Origin: a virus
Length of the DNA stretch: 64,000 nucleotides
Direction: 5' to 3' (one strand)
Virus record (IMG/VR): IMGVR_UViG_3300021964_000015
Made by a program: the position numbers and the translations under genes. Shown here piece after piece: positions 61,970 through 64,000 of this stretch. The stretch's first letter is position 1. Each line of letters opens with the position of its first letter. The notes beneath the pieces were generated by a model. That model was not told where the DNA came from. It worked only from the letters and a program-made list of their open reading frames with translations, and made no database searches.

Positions 61970-61994
61970 GCTACGTTTAACGTCCAGCTCGACG
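61970..61994 (-). ncRNA. Motif A pseudoknot, copy 5 (diverged)
   Basis: CGTC-GAGCTG-GACG-TTAAAC-GTAGC. Confidence 0.5.
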
Positions 61995-62451
61995 TAATAC
62001 CTAACTAAAAACAGTATTAACTCTGGTATAATTCACTGCTTGTTGCAGTGATTAAACAACAAACTGTTCTTTCTGGCGAAAGGTGTAGCGCGGAGATGTC
62101 CAATAATGAGCGCAAGTCAGGAAATGCTGACATTTCAAGGGTAAATTAACGTCAGCAGGTTACTTTCATCTAAATTCTCCTATAAACCCGCCCTCTCATT
62201 CATTAAACTAACCATTTATACTCACCACACCCTCTCTTTCTTTTTTTCTATACACATCTCGCGGCATACGGGGTATTACAGAAGCGTCAGAAAATTTTTT
62301 ATCCTTTTTTGACCTATAAGGAGCCGCCGCCCGCAACAAAGGATGGGTCCCTGGAGCTACGTGACACGAATTAATAATTAAAATTGTCTAAAATACGAAT
62401 TAATAACGAAAAATTGTAGTCATACCAAGGGATTTGCCCAACTTAATAGAC

Positions 62452-62478
62452 AAAAAAGCCGGGGTCTTTTTCCCCGGC
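62452..62478 (-). terminator. Intrinsic terminator
   Basis: GCCGGGG-N7-CCCCGGC-TTTTTT on the - strand, after 62515-62724. Confidence 0.75.
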
Positions 62479-62514
62479 CTTTAACTAAGTTTTAATTAAG
62501 TTCTAATTAAACTC

Positions 62515-62724
62515 TCATCTACGGGAATCTTTTGATTTTTTTGCAGCAACAGCTGCTTCAAAATAAGATTCTTTATCAGGACGTTGCCTTACTAGCTCTT
62601 CGCGTGCGCCAGAGATAAAATTACGTACATCAATCTCATCACCACCGCTATCTGCAAGCTTTTTCGCTTCATTTTCAATTGCTTCTAACGCAATAATGCG
62701 CTCAGCCCGGTTCTTTGGGTTCAT
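62515..62724 (-). CDS. Hypothetical protein
   Basis: ORF followed by a terminator. Confidence 0.6.
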   Translation of the reverse strand: MNPKNRAERIIALEAIENEAKKLADSGGDEIDVRNFISGAREELVRQRPDKESYFEAAVAAKKSKDSRR

Positions 62725-62836
62725 CGTAACGCAATCTACGGATATTTCTTGTGTTATTACTACTTTACCGCATATCTTTTTGCGTTATTGCCTTAAAATA
62801 CAAATATCAGGTTAATCGATAGCAAATAATCTACTC

Positions 62837-64000
62837 ATGGCCCTATCTCCTGCTGATTTTGCTGCATATAGTCGTGCTACTGGTGCTCCATACCCAGAAT
62901 CACCGCAGGAACGGGCCGAATTAGCTCCTGAGGTACTTGCATTCCGTCGTGGGCAACTTACACAACCCGAACAACAGTCAAATCTTCCTGCAATTCTTGG
63001 CGGTACGGTATTAGGCCTTGGTGCATTAGGTGCTGCACTCGCAGGAACAAGAAGATTTGCCCGTGGTACCAAGACCCAAAGTACACCTCAACGTGATTTA
63101 GGTATCGTTCGTCAGGCGGCCACTGGTCGGACTTCTGGTACTACTGCGCCTAGGACACCTGCGCCGCCCACCCCCGGCACCCCACCCTCTAGTGAGGGCG
63201 TAGCGCCTTCAAAAGTAACTGCAATCCCACAAGCAACGGTTGATTTAACTGACCTTACTCAAACTGATAGACCGCTTCCCTTTGGTGATCCATGGACTGG
63301 AGAAGCTGGCCCCCCTACTCCACTTATTCAAGGACCTATCTCTGCCCAGCAAAATCTTCAAAACTTTCTTGGTGAACCAACGCTGCCTTATAAAAGGACT
63401 GACTTATCAGTAGCACGAACCCCTGGATCTTTCCTAGATTTTAGTAAAACTGCTAGCGGTGAAGCCGCTGTCGAAAATTTAATTAACGACGTAGAGCTTA
63501 AAAAACTTGTATCTCAACAACGCCGTCAAGAGGGCGCTGAACTAGGCCGTGAAGCACAACGTCAAATGCGTATTGCTTCTGCTATTGAAACAGAAGCTGA
63601 TGAATATCTCGCGCAATTACGTCAAGAATCCCTTTCTCAACAGGCATTTGGTGCCTTGCAATCTGGTGAAGATCAGATGATAGGTCGCACGATGCGTGGC
63701 GTTCAACGCAATGAAGATCTTGATTCTTCTCAAGTAAATAGCGTTGTTCGTCAACTTGGCAGTGCAGATGCAGCTACATCTATCACTGCAGATGGTATTC
63801 CTGTCGATCAAACAGAAGGCTTCCGTGAGTTTAGCCAACGTGCAACTCAAAGAAAAAATCTTTTAGATGCACAATCTCAAATGTGGGCATTTGAAGAAGA
63901 GCTAGAAAATCAAGGACAAAAAGCACAAGCTTGGCTTAGAAAAATACAACAAAAACGGGAACCTCTTTTAGATATTGACTATCAAGTATATGATTTAATT
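62837..64000 (+). CDS. Large hypothetical protein, 5' part (runs off window; possible internal virion protein)
   Basis: MALSPADFAAYSRATGAPYPES...; frame appears open to the window end; glycine-rich hydrophobic segment then Pro-rich and Q/E-rich regions. Confidence 0.7.
   Translation, partial: MALSPADFAAYSRATGAPYPESPQERAELAPEVLAFRRGQLTQPEQQSNLPAILGGTVLGLGALGAALAGTRRFARGTKTQSTPQRDLGIVRQAATGRTSGTTAPRTPAPPTPGTPPSSEGVAPSKVTAIPQATVDLTDLTQTDRPLPFGDPWTGEAGPPTPLIQGPISAQQNLQNFLGEPTLPYKRTDLSVARTPGSFLDFSKTASGEAAVENLINDVELKKLVSQQRRQEGAELGREAQRQMRIASAIETEADEYLAQLRQESLSQQAFGALQSGEDQMIGRTMRGVQRNEDLDSSQVNSVVRQLGSADAATSITADGIPVDQTEGFREFSQRATQRKNLLDAQSQMWAFEEELENQGQKAQAWLRKIQQKREPLLDIDYQVYDLI

Overview
Phage DNA, most likely a tailed cyanophage (host inferred from DUF4278-, NblA-like and cyanophage-type virion proteins). 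Left arm (1-44.0 kb, + strand): a partial terminase pointing away from the rest, then a siphovirus morphogenesis block. It runs portal, minor head protein, an inserted GT4/GT2/methyltransferase cluster, DUF2213 protease/scaffold, cement, DUF2184 major capsid, head-tail and tail genes, a -1 frameshifted tail chaperone, tape measure, a lambda-like M/L/K/I/J tail tip, and about 21 kb of fibre/decoration genes. Right arm (44.6-62.7 kb, mostly - strand): early and replication genes, including T7-like PolA, a double-OB SSB, Gp157, ThyX, Gp88-like, HNH and tRNA-Leu(TAA). A large + strand ORF starts at 62837 and runs off the end. Main leads: (i) a candidate virion O-glycosylation system, with glycosyltransferases in the head operon and a strong directional Ser-Gly bias in accessory virion proteins; (ii) three recurring, covarying intergenic RNA structures in front of right-arm genes (a small pseudoknot x5, a bulged hairpin x5 with a Fur-box-like palindrome in two copies, a tRNA-like junction x2); (iii) a module boundary at about 38-44 kb with a deletion scar, so the window may be a recombinant or a chimeric assembly. 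All family assignments come from motif recognition by eye; no database search was run.
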